Part shown: positions 63,880 through 64,000 of the stretch, one piece after another | How the letters are laid out: each line of letters begins with the position of its first letter | How positions within the stretch are numbered: the first letter of the stretch is position 1 | Assembly: GCF_006345805.1 (NCBI RefSeq) | Contig: NC_043005.1 | Coordinates: 87,482,001 to 87,546,000 of the forward strand | Reading direction: 5' to 3' | DNA: 64,000 bases | Source: Octopus sinensis | Lineage: Eukaryota | Notes under the pieces: model-generated | Seen by the model: the letters and a program-made list of their open reading frames with translations, nothing else | Database searches by the model: none | What the model was told of the DNA's origin: nothing | Program-made: the position numbers and the translations under genes

Positions 63880-64000
63880 TATATTGGATTGTCCGGAAAG
63901 TTCATCAAAGTTCGTGCTGATTTATAGTAGCTTGCCTTTGGACTTGTTTTAGAACATGGTTGCGCCCATAAAATAGGATCTGACTACACCTCCATTTAGA
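63880..64000. mobile_element. Mariner TIR end, element continues beyond window
   Basis: tattggattgtccggaaagttc...gtgctgattt resembles a mariner TIR with TA. Confidence 0.6.

Overview
AT-rich, repeat-dominated eukaryotic DNA, most likely from an octopod (Octopus) genome. This is inferred from the tRNA-derived OR1/OR2-type SINE families and the very high microsatellite density, not from a database search. No host protein-coding gene can be named. Most ORFs in the supplied track are microsatellite read-throughs, and the protein-like ones are transposon relics: four or five R4/Dong-clade RLE LINE pieces, Penelope-like (RT/GIY-YIG) fragments, CR1- and RTE-like 3' ends, several mariner and Tc1 relics, and a hAT/Buster 3' end. 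The most interesting signal is RNA-structural. I read by eye several type I hammerhead ribozyme (HHR) motifs from unrelated repeat families. (i) An intact-core HHR sits at the tip of a 136-nt rod-like fold (23310-23445, minus), retrozyme-like. (ii) A dispersed family (34588-34691 minus, 48105-48210 plus, remnant 61931-61981 minus) carries a non-canonical CCGANGA core (U4C) in both complete copies and an unusually long stem II. (iii) Further candidates lie at 34203-34277 and 61415-61475, with degenerate relics elsewhere. Also notable: a 5'-truncated Dong copy embedded in a (TTA)n tract, a two-copy fold-back hairpin family, two near-identical tandem duplications that may be assembly artefacts, and a promoter-like NRF1/ETS motif cluster at 19.45 kb. 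All folds are manual pairings and none was tested computationally or biochemically. Repeat boundaries are approximate.
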